Both the position numbers and the translations under genes were made by a program. From Selaginella moellendorffii (taxonomy: Eukaryota > Plantae > Lycopodiophyta): a DNA stretch of 64,000 bases. Numbering within the stretch: the stretch's first letter is position 1; each line of letters starts with the position of its first letter. Location of the stretch: assembly GCF_000143415.4 (NCBI RefSeq), contig NW_003314303.1:1266004-1330003 (forward strand), given 5' to 3'. Shown here one piece after another: positions 61,608 to 64,000 of this stretch. Below the pieces are notes generated by a model. That model saw only the letters and a list, made by a program, of their open reading frames with translations. It was not told the origin of the DNA and made no database searches.

Positions 61608-63088
61608 CACCCCACCCCTCAAGTTGAGCCCATATAAAGGTAAACTAAACTTGCTAACTATCAATGTCAACATGTGGTGTGAAATCAATTTCAACACCGA
61701 TTAGAAAAAGGGGTACCATTTTATTCACCTTCTATATTTGAATCGTCTTTTAAGTTATTCTCTTTAGTTGTTTACAATTTACCATATTTCCTTGTAAGCT
61801 TCCTCATGAATGGAAGTTGAGATTTGTACCTCTCCCGAGAGGCCTGCTCCCTCATGAATGAAAGTCAAGAGCTATAGCTCTTCTGAGAGGCTCGGTCTCT
61901 TGACACCCTACCCCTCAAATCGAGTCCACTCGAAGGCAAACTGAATTTACCAAATATCAATCTCAACATGTAATGTGATTCATTTTGCCAATGAATAAAG
62001 TCAAACTTAAAATCTCTTTTAAATCGTTCTCTTTAGTTATTTATAATCCACCATGCTTCCTTGTAAGCTTCCTTATGAATGGAAGTCGAGAGCTATAACT
62101 CTCCCGAAAGGCTCGGTCCCTCATGAATGAAAGTCTAAGAGTTGTAAATTTCTTGAGAGGCCCAGTCTCTTGACACTCTACCCTTCATATCGAGTCCATC
62201 CAGAGGCAAACTGAATTTACCAAATATCAATCTTAACATGTAGTGTGATTCCTCTCGCTAATCAATAGAATCAAACCTAAAATCTCTCTAATACCTACCA
62301 AATATCAATCTCAACATGTGGTGTGATTCCAATCAAGTCAAACTTGAAATCCCTCTAATATCTAGTAAATGTCAATCTCAACATGTAGTGTGATTCCTCT
62401 CACCAACCAACAAAGTCAAACATGAAATCTTTTTAATACCAAATGTAAACTCTTGAATTTAAACTTTTAAAAGGTCCACTACTTTAACATTATTCAACCT
62501 AAAGATAATGAACCTTAAATATCTTAAAACTATTAACTGCACTTTTATTCATAAGCCCTTTTCCCTCTATATTTGAACCTAAAATTCATCTCTCAAATAG
62601 TTCTCTATAATTGATTACAAAGACAAAATGTTATAAGAAATCTTTTGCAAACTTACCTTGTTTTTAATGAAGTGGCTACCTTGAATGCACTCTATGTCCT
62701 CTTCAACCATCACAAATATCTTTCTTTAGTGCACCATGTGAGGAAAATGTCTTCACAAGTGTTTCTATCTTATTTAGGTGTGATATAGAAAAACCTAATG
62801 AAGAATTATCTTTGGGAAAGACAAGATATGTCCAGGGAATGGTCCTTGGAATGCCAAATTTCCTGAGAAGAAGACACTCGAGAGTTTTAAGAATTTCGAG
62901 ACTTTTGGACAGACTTTGAATGGGAAAGTCAAGACAACACAAGAAAGAAATTAAACAATATTTTACACTATTAATCTCCTACAAATCTAAGATCTTACCG
63001 TGTTACAGTAGCTGAAAGTCCAAGTCCAACTTGGAGAGCTATAAATCTTACCCAAGTTTTCAAGAGAAAGGAGAACTAATATATTATT

Positions 63089-64000
63089 ATGGATGTCGGA
63101 TGGAAGGATTTGAGTGTGAGTGCGAGCAATGGACGAGTGTTGCTGGAGAGTATGTGCGGCTATGCCCAGAGCGGCCAAATCACGGCGATCATGGGTCCTT
63201 CGGGATCCGGAAAGTCCACCTTGCTCGATGCACTTACTGGTATAGTTTTCCAAGATTGATTTGGGTTTGGGCAATAGATTAAAGCTCGAGATTCTTGCAT
63301 TGTCGTTCATCACAGGGAGATTGGCCAAGAACGCAAGGCGAGAAGGATCCATTTTTGTGAATGGGAATCTCCAGACGAACATGAGGCATGGGACTGCGGT
63401 GTGTATAAACATTTGATTCTGTGATTCTCAAACTTTCTGTCATAGCCCTATGTGAAACAAGAAGATGTTTTGCTAGGAACACTCACTGTCTTGGAGACAA
63501 TCACTTACTCTGCTCAATTGAGGCTGCCTCACTCACTGCCCCAAAGCCAAAAGATGGAGATGGTTGAGAGTGTGATCACTGAGATGGGGCTTGGAGATTG
63601 CAAGTATACAGTGGTGGGAGGTTGGTTCTCGCGTGGATTGAGCGGAGGGGAGAAACGAAGAGTGAGCATTGCTCTGGAGATTCTAACTCAACCATCTCTT
63701 TTGTTCATGGACGAACCAACCAGTGGTTTAGACAGGTGAACATTTATATGATTTTTAAGTCTGGTTTATCATAATTTTTATTTGATGTTTTTCTTTGCAG
63801 TGCATCCGCGTTTTATGTGATTAAAACAATTAAGAACCTCGCTACTTCAAAACGCACTGTTATTATGTCAATTCACCAGCCAAGTAGCGAAGTGTTTGAG
63901 CAGTTTGATAACCTTTGCCTACTATCTCAGGGAGCACTTGTATATTTTGGAGATGCCATGGAAGCTAGCACGGTACTTTTCTCAAATTTCATATTCTTTA
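63089..64000 (+). CDS. ABCG half-transporter (ABCG11/15-like), 5' part, runs off the window
   Basis: [71 protein letters not shown]. Confidence 0.92.

Larger units (their letters stand above)
54735..62619 (-). mobile_element. Old tandem array of the Cassandra-like TRIM, interrupted by the larger LTR element
   Basis: Reverse-complement LTR copies at ~54735-54873, ~61695-61776, ~62015-62046 and 62444-62619. PBS relic TTTGGTATTA at 62434-62443; PPT copies (atccaccatgcttcctt) at ~54874, ~61777 and ~62047. Confidence 0.75.

Overview
Compact, gene-dense plant nuclear DNA with many ~45-70 bp GT-AG introns. Gene style and content suggest a lycophyte such as Selaginella; this is an inference, not verified. 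Genes in order: two tandem copies of a small secreted 8-Cys peptide flanking an intronless archaeal-type (ATPase_2-like) P-loop ATPase, a PBL7-like membrane kinase plus a decayed copy of its 3' end, GT32 glycosyltransferase, DUF7138-like protein, LHT amino-acid permease, glycine decarboxylase P, PDI (ERp29-type), kinesin-7/CENP-E-like, AMSH deubiquitinase, a head-to-head pair of intronless U2AF65 genes, a carboxylesterase pseudogene, an AT-rich island carrying a very AT-rich frameshifted bulb-lectin gene, peroxisomal OPR, TPX2, DUF1645-like protein, DDX59/RH41 helicase, a clock PRR that retains the phospho-acceptor Asp, cysteine-desulfurase-like aminotransferase, a nested retroelement cluster, and the start of an ABCG transporter. 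The most striking signal, invisible in the ORF track, is a family of ~194-bp LTR mini-retrotransposons whose LTR core is derived from 5S rRNA (A-box/IE/C-box), i.e. Cassandra-like TRIMs. They occur as a solo LTR with a TSD (32.9 kb), a near-complete young copy (55.5 kb), and an old tandem array (54.7-62.6 kb) nested with a decayed Ty3/gypsy-like element. Exon boundaries and homologies were read by eye.
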